Source of the DNA: Octopus vulgaris
Taxonomy: Eukaryota
NCBI GenBank assembly: GCA_951406725.2
Contig: OX597833.1
Coordinates: 61,070,001 to 61,134,000 of the forward strand
DNA: 64,000 nucleotides
Direction: 5' to 3'
Shown: positions 10,701-26,000 of the stretch, one piece after another
How the letters are laid out: every line of letters begins with the position of its first letter
How positions within the stretch are numbered: position 1 is the first letter of the stretch
Notes under the pieces: generated by a model
Seen by the model: the letters and a program-made list of their open reading frames with translations, nothing else
What the model was told of the DNA's origin: nothing
Databases searched by the model: none
Made by a program: the position numbers and the translations under genes

Positions 10701-13700
10701 TAAACGTCCTTCATTTCAATCGTATAAACAACATTTCTTACTTCATCCCAAAGTGTTTGATGTCGTTTTGTCGTTTAGGTCAAGGGCTGACGACGAGAAA
10801 ATCAAACGAATTGACAGTGATCGAGAGATTGAAAGAGAGAAAGAACGAGAGAGGGAACTAGAGAGGCAAAAGGAATTTGAGCAGCGAGAACAACAACAAC
10901 AAGAAAAGGAACGTCTCCGTGAACTGGAACGACAGCATCAATTGGAGCGTCAACATGATGCCGATCGCAGAAAGTCCGAAGTGAATTACATGCGTGAAGA
11001 AGAGCGCCGACATACACTGCAACAGTCAGATTCCACTTATTCAGGTTGGTACAGTGTCTGTTGTTATTGTCTTGCTTTGTCCTGTTGTGTGTGTGAGGGA
11101 GAGTTTGCATGCATCTCATTATCTAAGCCTTGTCCTATTGTGTGTGTATATCTGTATGTTTGCATATACCCTTATCTCCAGTAATATTTTCCATCAAATT
11201 TATTCTGCTGTTGATTTCTCTCTCTTATATTATTGTTTAGTTCATCTACATTTTAGTAAAAGTCTTACTGAAGCAGAAATGGATGTTGAGGAGTAAAAAT
11301 AACTAGTGCTAGTCAAGTCTAGGACCTTGTTTCAACTCCCTGTAGCTCATGTCAGTAATATCTTTAACCCTTTCAATACCAACCTGGCTGAAACCGCCCC
11401 TGGCTCTATAGTACAAATGCCTTGCTTTTATAGGTTTTGAATTAAAATCTTCCACTAAACCTTAATCACAATTTATGTTCCTAACACTAGCTGAACAAGA
11501 ACTAAGTTATTTTACAAAATTCTTTGTTATAGTTAAAATTAATTGAAAGAAACACAGAACATCTTAAAATAAATACGGTAACGAAAGGGTTAAAAAAAAG
11601 TTCAAATGCCATGTTTAGCCCACTATCTGTTTCATGCTTCTCCAAGAAACATTTCTATGTATTATTATCATATTCCTAACTTTTGCTAAAAAAGAAGTCC
11701 TTCTCAAGAACTCTCTATCAGAGCCATTTCATATAAGAATATAGTTCCAAAGAAGTGAATGTCAAAGACTGACATTCCTTATTAGTAAAACTATTCCCTC
11801 TATTCTGAGTTTGGTACCAATCTTTTTCTCTGTTTCTACTGCTAATTTAATGGTAACAATTTTTCTTGTCCAGGTTCAATCACTCAGGGTACCCCCAGAG
11901 ATTTATTGTATGTGGAGCGATTAGCTCCATCCCAAAACTCCTCTAATGGACTTCCCGAGCAGGGACACCATTCACAACGAGGGAGGCGCACTCCCTATGA
12001 ATCCGGAGATCATTGTAGTAGTAGCGGCAGCAACTTGATGTCTGTGGCCAGCCACCAACTAAAACAGGAACAGGAAGTTCATCCCACCAGCCGACATAGC
12101 ACTAGTCCAGCAATGCACCATGAAGACCGTCGTAAACACCATTCGTATTTGGCTAAGGTAAGCCAAAGATTCCTGCCGTGTTTTTGTTAATTTGTTATAT
12201 TTTCTCTCTATATGAATTGACTGAACAGTTTTGATGTTGTTGACTAGAAATAGCTGTCAAATGTCCCTCAAATCATTGCTTATGGAGAACACATTGAATA
12301 ATATATATTTCTTTACTGCCCACAAAGGGCTAAACACAGAGGGTACAAACAAGGACAGACAAAGGGATTAAGTCGATTACATCGACCCCAGTGCGAAACT
12401 GGTACTTGATTTAATCGACTCCGAAAGGATGAAAGGCAAGGTCAACCTTGGCGGAATTTGAACTCAGAACGTAACATCAGACGAAATACCATTAAGCATT
12501 TCGCCTGGCATGCTAACAATTCTGCCAGCTTGCCGCCTTCACATTGAATAATATAGAACTAGGCAGGCACAGGTATGGCCCTGTGGTAAGAAGTTTGTTT
12601 GCCACCCACAAGGTCTTGGGTTCAGTCCCACTGCATAAAAGATTGTACAAGTGTCTTCTGTTATAGCCCTGGGCTAACTGAAGCCTTGTGAATGGATTTG
12701 GTAGACAAAACCTGAAAGAAACTCATCATGTATGTGTGTGTTACTGTCTCCCTAATCTTTCCTTCATGTGATAGTTGTAAGCAAATATTACCATCAAGCA
12801 AGCTGTATCCTTCTTTTCCAATCTGCCATAAAAACATATCTGGCCATGAGGAATATTTCTTTACATGGAAATAGGTGAGGGTTGGCAACAGGAAAGGCAT
12901 CCAGCTGTAGAAAATTGGCCTCAACAAATTCCATCCAATATATGCATGCTTGAGAAAGTGGGTGTTAAATGATGATAATAATGATGATATGCTATTCCTG
13001 AAAACAAGGTAGGATGGTCACAAGGTGGATAGCCTTAGATCAGTAGATTGCTTGATCAGGGTTAAGCTGAGGCCTAAACAACAATAATTGAAATTTGCTA
13101 TTTTACCTCTATTAGCTAATGTGTTGCTATAGACTGATAACTGAATATTCATGTCTTTTCTTTTGCAGAATGATTTCACCATTCCCCGTCTTTCTAAGGA
13201 ACAATCTTCTAATGTAAGTAATAGCAACTCTTCAAGCCATTCAAGCAATCAGAAGTCCTCAGACAAACATCACGATACACAAGATGACCGGCGTTCAGTC
13301 AAACCACCCCCGCTCGTTGCACCTGTCCGCTCCGGATCGAACAGCGATCTCGAACGAACAGACAAAAACTCTGAAAGTGGCCTATTTCGGCCATACGATG
13401 TCCTTCATCCTTACCGATATCCCAGCCACCCCTACCCTGATTCTCACAAAGCAGAAAAGATTAATTCATACGATAACAGCAGCGGTCGAAGTAGTAGCAA
13501 CAATAGGTCTAATGAACAGTCATCCCTCACCAAACATGAACCCCCGAGTGAGGGCCCCTCCAGGCAGCGAAACACACAAGAGGAGTTTCAGTTTGACATC
13601 AACTCGAGTATCTGTTCTCAGGTAGTAAACAAAGCCCATCCCCCTGAAATCCCCAACCACTACAGCAGTTATTTTCGGAGCGGCTTCTACGATCGATCTC

Positions 13701-16700
13701 TATCAGTACACATCAATTCAGTAGTCGATGCCTCTTTCCATATTTACCCTGACCAGAACTTAGTCAGCAAGTTAGACTTGGAGGAAGCGAAGATGAGAGA
13801 ATCACGTCTGAACGGAACATATTGTAGTGATAGCGAAGAAGACGAAGAACTAACTGTTGCCATGGAAATGGAAAGGAAGCAGCAGCTGTGTATCATCACA
13901 ACCAACCCACCTTTGGCACTAGACAAATCACCAAGCAAAATGCGTTACTTAAAGTCTATGGGTTTAACAACTCATTCGCGAAGAAGAGGTAAGCTTGACG
14001 ATGTATTTCACTCAAATATTTCAATTAAATTCTGTTATGTCTGGGGAGAGTCGTTTTCTTTTTGTGCCTTATAATGTAACACACTCACTGGTAAAATTTC
14101 CACTCATTTCTTATTTTTATTTATTTTTTCCTAAAATTTTCGTTGCGTCTTGCAACCTTTTTAATAGTCTTGACTCCAAAAACGAAATATTTCAATTAAA
14201 CATCCATTTAAATATCTGAGATGAATTGTTGTTAATGAGGTGAATTAGCTTTATCTTGTGAGTGGAAATACTTTACTATATTTACATCTTACACTCTGTT
14301 TTCATCAGTTTCATCTCCAATTGTCTCATTTCTGTACATAGCACCATACAGGGCTTGACTGGAGACCTTTATTTTGAAACTAAGACTAGTAATGCTTTTA
14401 ACTTCTTATGCCACTGATGAATGTACATTTAATGTTACATTTTCAGCTTATTTACATTCATCTTCCACTAATTATAATCTCCACTAAACTGATGTCAGCA
14501 CTTGACTTACTTAATTGATTTACTAATACTCGTTATGTGGAGTGCTTTCATATTTGTAGGGTTCCATGTTGGTCCCTTATCGGTTAGGAGCATTTTCATT
14601 TTTCATTCCATAGCACTCATGGTTTCCTCTGTTACTCCATACATAATTTTTATCATTTCTGTTTGTGAAGATTCAAGGATTTTTTATTCTATCATCTGGC
14701 CATGGTCTCTCCTTTGTAATATTGTAATGAATGGCAAGTGAGAGGTGTCGTTCTCTTTTTGAAACACCGTCAGGAACCAAGTGGAAATGGTTGATTAACC
14801 CTTCAGCATTTAAACTGGCCATATCTGGCCAAAATAACCTTCCTGTTTTATACTGAAGCTGGCCAGATTCAGCCTCTCGTACCTACCCGACAATGTTAGT
14901 CCAAACGAATAGTCAGATTACCAAAACCTGGCCATGTCTTTGTGGTTAAAATCTTTTCTAAATATTCTGGCATTTCCTCACTTACCTTAAAAATTTATGG
15001 TCATGGTACCCCTGCAGACTGGCCATGATGCCCTTCCAAGCCAATCATGGAATCCCTGCAGACCACCCATTGATACTCCTGCTGACCAGCATAGTACCAC
15101 TGTGGGCCAGCCTTTATACCCTTGCAGATCAGTCGTGGTATCCCTGTAGATCAGTCGTGGTATCCCTGCAGATCAGTTGTGGTATCCCTGCAGGTCAATC
15201 ATGGTACCCCTGCAGATCAGTCGTGGTACCCCTGCAGATCAGTCGTGGTACCCCTGCAGATCAGTCGTGGTATCTCTGCAGATCAGTCGTGGTATCTCTG
15301 CAGATCAGTCATGGTACCTCTGAAGATCAGCATCAGTCATGGTACCCCTGTAGATCAGTCATGGTACTCCTGTAGATCAGTCATGGTACTCCTGTAGATC
15401 AGTCATGGTACCCCTGCAGGTCAGTCATGGTACCTCTGCAGATCAATCATGGTACCCCTGTGGACTAGCCATGCTACACAAGTGTACCACAGTACAGTGG
15501 CTGAAAACGTATGTTCTATATTTACTAATTGGTTGTTTACAAGTGTTGTTGGTGTTATTCCATAGCACAGTACAGTTCCTACAGACACACTGCTACTGTT
15601 CATTGTCCTAAATAACAACACTATTGTCTGTGACTATTTCAAGTGAGATATATTGGCCACTGGTGGTTTGCGAAAGCTGTTGTATGGTCTGTTCGTCTGT
15701 TCATTACGTTTGAGCGTTTGAGATAATTAAAGAACAAACCCTGCAGAGAGTGTATCATTGAAATGGTGCCAAGATGACTAGAACCAAATATCTATCTCCT
15801 GCCAAACTGCCAAATTTAGGTGTCTGACAGTCTTGCTGACATAAGTACTATGTTGCTGTAGAACTTAATATTAATGAGCAGGTGTAAAATGCATTATTAC
15901 ATTAAAATACCTGTTGACCGAGTGAGTGTGAAAAGGGTAAAGCATATCCTTTTACCTGCTTCAGCCGTTCAGCTATGGCCAACCGGATGGAAGTGGTAAT
16001 TCTTAAGTATGTGTAATATCTAAGAAATAAATTCTTCAGTATATATTCATCCTCATCGTTTAACGTCCGTTTTCCGCGCCAGCATGGGTTGGACGGTTCG
16101 ACCGGGGATCTGGGAAGACAGGAGGCTGCACCAGGCTCCAGTCTGATCTGGCAGTGTTTCTACAGCTGGGATGCCCTTCCTAATGCCAACCGCTCCGCGA
16201 GTGTAGTGGGTGCTTTTTACGTGCCACCGGCACAGGTGCCAGGGGAGTCTGGCAGCAGGCACGATTGGTTGGTGCTTTTAACGTGCCACCGGCACAGAAG
16301 CCAGTCAAGCATCGGCCATATTATTTTCAAATTTTGGCACAAGGTCAACAATTTGGGGGCAAGGGGAAAGTCAATTACATTAATCCCGGTGCTCAACTGG
16401 TCCTTACTTTATTGACCCAAGAAAGATGAAAGTTGATCTTAGCAGAATTCATTCTCAGAACATGGTGGACAAAATGCTAAGAATTTTGTCTGATCTGCTA
16501 ATGTTTCTGCCAGTTTGCTACCTTTCTTCAATATATAATATTTTTAAAAAATTGTTTTCTAGAAATGTCCAACATTTGTCAAAATAGTAGGTTAGGGTTT
16601 CAAACTTCGTAACCAAACAGGTAAATAGTCACAGATTAAGGATAATGTGTTAATCCTTCACTGGTTTCAAATGATGAACTGTTGCCATGGTGGGGACATC

Positions 16701-17002
16701 ACCTTGAAGAGTTTTAGTTAATCATATCAACCCCAGTATTTATATTCTCAATCTTTTATTTGTCAAATGGCTATGATACATCTTTGATACAACACCAGTT
16801 TTTATACATAAGTTAAAATACAGTGACATACACAATAAATATATATATATATATATATAAATAATAATAATCATCATTTAACGTCCGTGTTCCATGCTGG
16901 CATGGGTTAGACGATTTGATTGGAACTGATAGGCTGGAGAGCTACACCAGGTTCCAGTTTCATTTGGCATGGTTTCTACAGCTGGATGCCCTTCCTTATT
17001 TA

Positions 17003-17054
<52 letters not shown>

Positions 17055-20000
17055 GAGAGGCCGGCCTAATCAGTAATCTGTGTTTCATTGTATCGGTATA
17101 TTTCAGGCATAATCTGTAGTTGCATATATTATATAATGATCAAGCAATACTCGAGATTGAATATCAATGAAACTATTGTAAATGTATGTAATTACACAGC
17201 TTGCTCAACTGAAGATTTTAGATTATCTAAATAAAATAAAATAACACACACATTTTATGTATGTGCATACTATATAATGATGCAATGGCTAGTAGTAGCT
17301 AGGCTCTCACTTGTAAAGTCATGGGTTTGATGCATTGTCCCACTGTACTTAACTGAAATAAGTACCTACTGACTGCTGAAGCAGATCTCTCTCCCTCCAC
17401 CTGTCACATCTTTCATGTTCCATTGAGTTGAGTTTGAGAGTCCTTGCCCTGGATTATACAGGCTTCTAAAACATAGTGAAAGCATGGCACATGCTACCAA
17501 GTTATACATATTTGCAAGTGGTGGCTAGGGTTTTACAGATTATATATTTATCTTGCTTTGACTTCATGTTAAAGTTTTAAATGCATGTCACTGTAATCCT
17601 TTGTCTCCAATCTTCCATCTTCCAATCTTCCATAAATATGTGTCTAGTCATGTGGAATATTGTCTTGCTTAGAAACAAGTAAGCGTAGAAAACTGGACAT
17701 TAAATGATTGTGTGTGTGTGTATTAGTATTATTGTTGTTATTATGCTGGCAAGCTGGCAGAATTGTTAACATGCTGAGCAAAATGCTTAGTGGCATTTTG
17801 TCCATCTTTATGATCTAGGAAACATGGAAACAGAATTTTAAGAAAAAAGAATGTATTCTGGTTATTGAATGGGGACACTGTGCTCTTGCATGTTGCAAGA
17901 GGTGGTTATAGGGTTAGTGACAGGGTGGGCATCCTTCTGTAAAATACTGCTTGTGAAAAGAAAGGTGAAGGTGGAAATGTTTTTTTATAGTAGATAAGAT
18001 AAATTTTTTGCTGTGTCAATGTTTGTAATGTGATTCCTTTTTTATTGTTTTCTAGATTTAGAATTTGACCGTTACCGCAAACGGCGACATATGTTCCGGG
18101 AAGGCAGCTTAAGTCCAGTGTCGACGCCAGAGAACAATCCAGAACCTGTGACCAAACTAACCGTACCACCAGTTTATGTCTCGGAACAGATGTGTATGCA
18201 AAATGACTACAAACAGAAATGTCGTTATCTCCACTCATTTCTACTCAGTCCACTTACTGGCGATAAGAAGAAAGGTACGACTAGCTTTGTTTGTTGTGTT
18301 AATTCCATGTCAGTTCTGATCCAGCACACACAGGATTTGATCTGTATAGTCACAAATTACTGTTTTAAATGTACCAAGTTTTTGCTGTAAATAATACTGC
18401 ACATCTCCAATGTGCAGTGGTTAATACCATATCTTAGTCGAGAACCACTCTGCACCCTTGCCTATACAATCTGTACGGCGCCTTGGTCAAGTGTCTTCTA
18501 CTATAGCCTTGGGCTAATCAAAGCTTTGTGGGGGGATTTTGTTGACAGACTAATTATGCTGTGTATGTATATGTGTGTGTATGTATGTATATATATATAT
18601 TATATATTATATATAAATTAGAGAAGAACCACCTTTTATCAATTCAACAATGAAATAACAATGATATAATTAAATTATACCATATAGACAAAAAAAATTT
18701 TTCTATATGGTATAATTTAGTTATATCATTGTTATTTCATTGTTGAATTGATAAAAGGTGGTTCTTCTCTAATCTATACACATATACATTGTGAAATTTG
18801 ATTTAGTATTGCTAAATTTAATTTTTCCCTGTAAGTTTGGAATAATATTCCCTAATATTATACACACACACACACAGAGTAACAATGATCTTCCATGTCT
18901 TAAGAACTGACACATCAACAAATAACCTAAAAAAAGGTACCGACACTGAATATCTCTAAAATTTTATTGAGAGATTCTTTGAAATGCTGCAACTTTCTGA
19001 AAATCTTGTAATTATTGTAGATTAATGTATTTGTGCCAACGAATTTACCAAAAATTCGTGTTTTGATGTTAGGAAATCATGCAGGGCTTTTAGATAACTG
19101 ACCATTGATAGCAGCTGGTTTCCAAGTTGGATGGTTTCCATGTTATTGTTTAATGATTCATAATACATGTTGTTATTATAATCAAGCAACATGTATGTAC
19201 GTCATGGTTACTGTTGGATCTATAGTAATGTAGAACATCTTGATTTAATATGGAAATAGTTTTCTTTATCTTATTGAAGAATAACTTGCCTACATGTTTC
19301 CATGAACTTCAAAAATTATCAAAAATTTGCACAGATTTACTTAATTAATTAAAAGTAATCTTTATAAATCTGGTGATTGGAATAATGAATTCCTCATATA
19401 AAGCTATTTTGGAAGTTTTTTATTTAAATTCTTAACACTTTAGCATTGGCGGAATTGATATAAAACCTGAGTTGATATCATAGAACCAATGGTGTTGGTC
19501 CCAATTGGATTGGTATCATAGAACCAGAGGTTATGGTCTCAGATGGGTTGCTATTATAGTTAGTTAATTAATTATTTGGCTCAAAAAGCAAAAAGGAAGG
19601 CCATGTAGGGGGACATGGAGTTATGTACAGGATGGTGTTCATGTAAAGCGTTCAGGCCACTTGTGGTCAAGGGAGACTTTGAACCGAGCGGTCGTTGGCA
19701 TCTTTACTATCTCGTCCGGCAGCTTATTCCACAGATCCGCAACCCGGACGGAGAAAGCCCCTCTCCAGCCCAGATGTGGTGATAACAAACTGTTTTCTCC
19801 TTTTCTTATGGTTATTGTTCAACATATAGCAACAGAACAACCATCTTCCTCGTATAAAGGAATTCTGCTTTTGTTGTCTCCACAGAGTATGAAGCAATCC
19901 GTCAAGCGTGTGAAGAGGAGAAAGCTCGGAGACTTGGTTTGGTGCTAGAAAATGTATTACAGCCACAACAGCAGCAGCAACAACAGCAACAACCTGATGA

Positions 20001-23000
20001 AGAGAGACTTCTCTCAGAACCAGTTAAACGATCAAAACCTGGTAAATAATTTTACTCCTCCCTTCTGCGTATGTGTGTGTGTGTGTGCACACCACATTTG
20101 TACTATTCTGGATGGGTTCATTGTACTCTGGGGTACCAGGTGTATACAAAACCAACTAATATATTCCAGAATATCTCCTACCACCACCTTCACCTATATC
20201 GACTGTAAAACTTCTACAATTACCTCTCCCATCCCCCAGTTGTTAGTTTACCTTAGTGAGTAAATGGTTAATGTGACTCACATAACTAGATGGACATGTG
20301 TTCAGGTCCTACTGTAGTAGTTAATTACATCGTGGGGCTAACCTACTTCTTGTCTAGTGAATCTAATTGAAAATATCCCATGCCCAGTCCATGGTCGGTT
20401 GGTTATTTGTCACTATTTTTGTGAAAGTTAAGGCGGCGTGCTGGCAGAATTGTTAGCACGCTGGTCGAAATGCTTAGCAGTATTTCGCCCATTACTACAT
20501 TCTGAGTTCAGATTCCGCCGGGCTCAACTTTGCCTTTCATCTTTTTGGGGTCAATAAATTTAGTACCAGTTACACACTGGAGTTGATGTAATCAACTTAA
20601 TCCCTTCGATTAAATAAGTACCAGTTATGCACTGGGGTCGAAGTAATCAACTTAATCCCTTCGATTAAATAAGTACCAGTTATGCACTGGGGTCGATGTA
20701 ATCGATTTAATCCCTTCCCCCAAAGTTGAGGCCTTGCGCTTCCACTAGAAAGGATTATTATTATGAAAGTTATCCAGCTAGTAAAACATACATTTGTTAT
20801 CATTCTTTACAGAATTCTCCAATTTAGAATAAAGCACACATGCACACACACATTCACGCACGTGCTCACACATGCACACACACTCACACACAATCATCGT
20901 TATCATTGTTGTAACTTGTGTTGATTATTGATGTAGAGCTGCAGGTCAGTCCTGATTATGCAGACCCTATGATTAGAAACATCCCTGCTACAGCCATCCT
21001 TATACAGGGAGCCCAGGAGCATGTTATCTAATGTATATCCTTTTCTTAAATAAGCAGGATTTGAGGGAGATTTGGTTGTTATTTCTTGCGGGTAGAGCAA
21101 CCATATAGACTTCCTCACAGTGTTGAAATTGTGTTGGGTTTGGTGATGAGATTGTTGTTTATGCAAGCACAAGATTGTGTGGTGGACGGTATGGTAACCA
21201 GTGGCGAGCTGGCAGAAACGTTAGCACGCCGGGCGAAATGCTTAGCAGTATTTCGTCTGTAGCTACGTTCTGAGTTCAAATTCCGCTGAGGTTGACTTTG
21301 CCTTTCATCCTTTCGGGGTCGATAAATTAAGTACCAGTTACGCACTGGGGTCGATGTAATCGACTTAAGTTTGTCTGTCCTTGATTGTCCCCCTCTGTGT
21401 TTAGCCCCTTGTGGGTAGTAAAGAAATAAGTATGGTAACCAGTGGGTGGTGTGAAGCTTAACTCTGGTTTTAGGGTTGGAAATGAATGAGAGGTCAGTCC
21501 TATACTAACTCCCCACGATCCACCTGGATCAGTCTATTACAGGTGATATAACCAGGTACTGTAATGTTACAGGTGATGTAGTCGAGTACTGTGGTATTTA
21601 TTCTCAATAACCAGGTGAAATGAGACAATTTAAGACATTATTTCTAACAATACTGTGAAATCATTGAGTTCAACTCCCAACCTACCCAGCCAAAGACAGG
21701 TATTCTTTAAGGGCCTTGACTAGCTAAAGATAAGTCAAATCTCCCTCTTAACACACATTAGTGTCTTTAAGAAAAGGCAGGACACCTTGATTACATTGGT
21801 TAAGGCAGTCGTAATTACAGCTGGAACAGTTTCCATTGTATGTCTCCCCAAGGGATAAATAACAACGATAACCCCTTACAACCTCTCACCATCTTCACTT
21901 AACGATCTTCCCACAAATATCGATCTAAAATTTTTTAGAAACTATTTAGAGATATCTGACAGTATATCTCATTGTATTGTCTCCCTTTACAGTGTGGTAC
22001 TTGATTACCTCCCCTCATATTCTGAGTTCGCATCCCATCTTTGTCCTCTTTAACTTTTTCTCTTTCAAAAGTCGATAAAATCTCTCTATATATATAAACG
22101 GCAAAATGTCTGTGTGTGTGTCCTTTATACAAATCCACAATATTTCAGTTAGAGGGCTCGCACTTTCTATGGTCATTCAAAACCGTCCAAGGGTGGTCGT
22201 GCACATCTTTACATTTCCCCAGTCACCCCACAAAGCCATTAAAAATTCAATAGAAGTGACTTTTTTGTGAATTTTCTATCCAAAACCCAATCAAAATGCT
22301 CGAAACTTGATACGCCAATTGAATGCCAGCTAGCTGTATGTGATTGGTTGGAGACTTGGACAGTTGCCGGGTCATAATGCTAGTAAATATTACTGTAAGT
22401 CGATGTCAGCAGCTATAAACTAACTTTCTAATTGTTTGTTGTTACTCTCTTTTTCAGCCCTTCTTGACAGCTTACATCGGAGGGTTAAGAGAAAATCTAC
22501 CGATATGGAAGGATCATCTCAGGTATCAAACAAATTAGAACAACCATCCCGACCAAAAATATCTTTGAATCAACTACAAGAACGCCACCTGGCGGCGACA
22601 GCCAGTTCCTCCTCCTCCTCCTCTTCTTCTTCATCGACGTCGTCGTCTCAGCCACACTATCTCAAACAGACAAGTGTTTCCACTCTTCCCTCAGTAACGC
22701 CCAGCCTACAAATGGCTAACCCAAGTAGGACTAGTCAGGAAAATTCCCGCCCCCTCATCTTTCCAGAGAACCGAGGTGACAGTCGTGACCAGCGGCGGCT
22801 TAAAGAAAAATTTGCTCAAGAATTTCATGAATCAGTGCTTGCTTCAACATTTTCAAACAAATCTTCAAACGGTAGAACAGGTAACGACACCATTCAAAGA
22901 ATTTTCTTTCATTTCTTTCTTTCGTCTCCCCTTATTTTCACCCTTTACATTCTCTTCTCTGCACTAGTGTTTCTTGTCGCTAAACTCAGTAATAGTAAGG

Positions 23001-26000
23001 AATTAACCTTTGGTTTTATTTGTAAAACTAGCAGTATCGCCCGGCGTTGCTCGGGTTTGTTTCGACCCTTTAGAATTGGAATTTTTGAAAAGTAAAAATT
23101 TTGCATTATGTAGCTTGTTATTCTCTTTAAGTGAACATTTTTCTGGTTGAAATACACCGAAAAATGGCGACACAGCAGTAAAAAAATCGTAAAAAATAGG
23201 GATTTTCATAGGAAAAAAAAAGCACCTTTTTGATGTAAATAATTTTTGGTGTTAACATGGTCCGATTTGAATTTTTCTTCTACGGAAGGAAGAGCAAGCC
23301 TTCTTCTATCATACTCTCAATTTTGGTCAACTTGCGCCACAGGGTCTCGGAGGAGATAGTGTTAGTTGAAGGCTACCAAACCTGCCATACACAGACAACT
23401 TCAGCTTTATATAGAGAGAGATTGCTTACTGTCATTTCAAATAAGCCTTTCTAAGTTTGGTACAAGGCCTGGAATTTTGAGGGATGGGTGGATTCCATTA
23501 AATTGATACCAGTGCTGAACTGGTACTTATTTTGTTGACCCTGAATGGTTGAAAGGCAAACTCAGCCTTGGAATTTGAGCTTAGAATGTAAAACTGGGAG
23601 AAATGCTGCTAAGCATTTTTGTCCAGTATACTACTGATTCTGCCAGCTCACTGTTTTAATGTCTTAAAGTCTGAAATGTATGGGTAAGGTGAGGTGTAAT
23701 TGATTACATCAACCCTAGTACTCGACAGGTACTGATTTTACCGATGCCAAAAGGATTTGGTGAAATTTGGGCTCAGAACTTAAAAAGATGGACAAAATGC
23801 TTAGTAGTAATTTGTTTGACGTGCTAATGGTTCTGCCAGATCACCAACATAATAATTCTACACTTAATGACACTAGGAGGGGCATCCAGCTGTAGGAACA
23901 TTGCCAGATCAGATTGGAGCCTGGTTCAGCCTTCTGGCTTGCCAACCGTCAGTCAAACCATCCAACCCATGCCAGCATGGAAAGCAGATGTTAAACGGCA
24001 ATGATAATAATGATGATGACTTGTGGAAATTTTTTAAGGAGTAGTCAGGGGGAAGAGACAGAGCATTCAAAGACAGTTGTGAAGAAGGCAAAATGAAAGC
24101 ACAATGGATTCACCACCACTTCTATTACAACCACTACAGGAGGTGGCAGGACATGTTGAGTCTAATTGACTATAAGCCATATGCCTTGTCCTACCCTAGC
24201 ATTTGCAACAGAGTGGTGTAATGTTAAATGTAGCCATGGGTCAAATGGTGGTGCTAAGCAAGGCTCAGATTTAGGTCTACCACCCCTGTGCAATAGAGTG
24301 GACTCTGTTATACGGTTCAATTAATTACATCTGCTATGGATTTATGTCTCATCAAAGTTAATAATAATTATTATACGACACTCCAAACATTTTACTTTAA
24401 TTCTGCTTTATTATAATTCCTAGATGTTTCATTAACAACATACGCTAATTGTTATATTGCTAATTTATTTCTGTTTGTGTTTGTTTTCTCTGCCAGGTAT
24501 GAAGTCGGTGGACAGTAGTAGAGACAATACAGTCACTCACCTGTCTGCGGTGTCTTCAATACTGCAGCAATCACAGAAATCCTCTTCACATGATTCCCAC
24601 TCCAGTTTGTGTTCTCGGTCAGATGATGGACGTTTAGAGGCTACAGATTCTTTCAATGGCCAACCTTTGTTCAAATGGCCAGGAATTGAGACCATTCTTG
24701 GCACCTATCAACGTTATTTAGAAGGTAAATCCAGACTTCCTCAAATTGTTTAATTGCTACCTTCATTGGGCTGCTACTTAATAGATTTATAATCTTGAAT
24801 TATATTAAGGGATTTAAAAGTAACTTATTCTGTACACCAGGCTAGGAATTGAACCTGTAATGATTTCGAACCATAATGTGGGCAAAAATTCAGGTGTGGC
24901 TGTGGTAATAATAATAAAATAATAATGAAATTATTGTATACAGTGCTCAGGTGCACCACGACTTGTCAGAAAGTGTGTATAAAGCATATGCAGTAATATA
25001 TAAATGTCTGGGAAGTGAACAGTGTATGAGTCAGATACATGCTTGCGTATGTATTGAGGGGAGAAAATCAGGTGTAGTGTTGGCGAATCTCAGGAAGCAT
25101 GGAAGTTTTGAAGGATGCAGCGCTCTGACAACTAACAACTGATGCCAGCAGTTTGTTCCATGCTTCAGCAACTCTTAGCGTCAAAAAATGTTTCCGAAAT
25201 TCATGGGAGCTGTGCTGTTTTCTGACTTTATAAACATGTCCATGGGTGTTAGACAGGTGGAGTTTGAAAAGGTGCTCAGAGTTATTGTTAGTAAGATGGT
25301 TAATAATTTTATGGGTGCTTCCCAACTACAAGGTTCCAGGTTCAGTCCCATTGTGTGGCACTTTGGGCAAATGTCTTCTATCATTGCCCTGGGCTAACCA
25401 AAACCTTGTGGGTGGATTTGATAGTAATAAATAATAATGAAATTATTGTATACCGTGGTAGAACTCATCAGAAAAAGTAGCCAAAAGTATATGAACAGGT
25501 CATAGAATAATGCACAGGAAGGGAACGGTGATTGAGTCTTTAAAGGGGGATCAGGTTTACTGTTGGCAAATTTTAGAAGCATGGAAGTTTTGAAGAAGCC
25601 TGTTGTGTGTGTGTATTACTCTCCTTGCCTTGACATTGCATAATAGTTAAACATTGAGTGTCACCAATATTCCAATTATTCTAATCATTGGAGAAATATT
25701 ACCTTACTTATGTGTGTGTGTGTGTGTGTGTTACAGTTACACTGGTTTGCTTGTCAGCACCTGAACAAAATGGTGATATGATGTTCACATTCTTTGTTGG
25801 CAATACAACCAGATACTCTGTTCTGTTAAAGACCAGTAGAATAGAAAATAACCCCTTATTTGCAAAACAAGTAAGAGCATCCAGCAGTAAATGCCTTGCA
25901 TAACTCGCTGTCCCTCCTCCCATGCCAGCATGGAAAAATTGGATGTTGAATGAGCAAAAGATCTTTTCCAACCTCGTAGTTTCAGGTTCAGTCCCACTGC

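Noticed and set aside
15115-15460. Regular short repeats resembling a CRISPR array
   Set aside because: Units are contiguous with no unique spacers, no cas genes, eukaryotic context.
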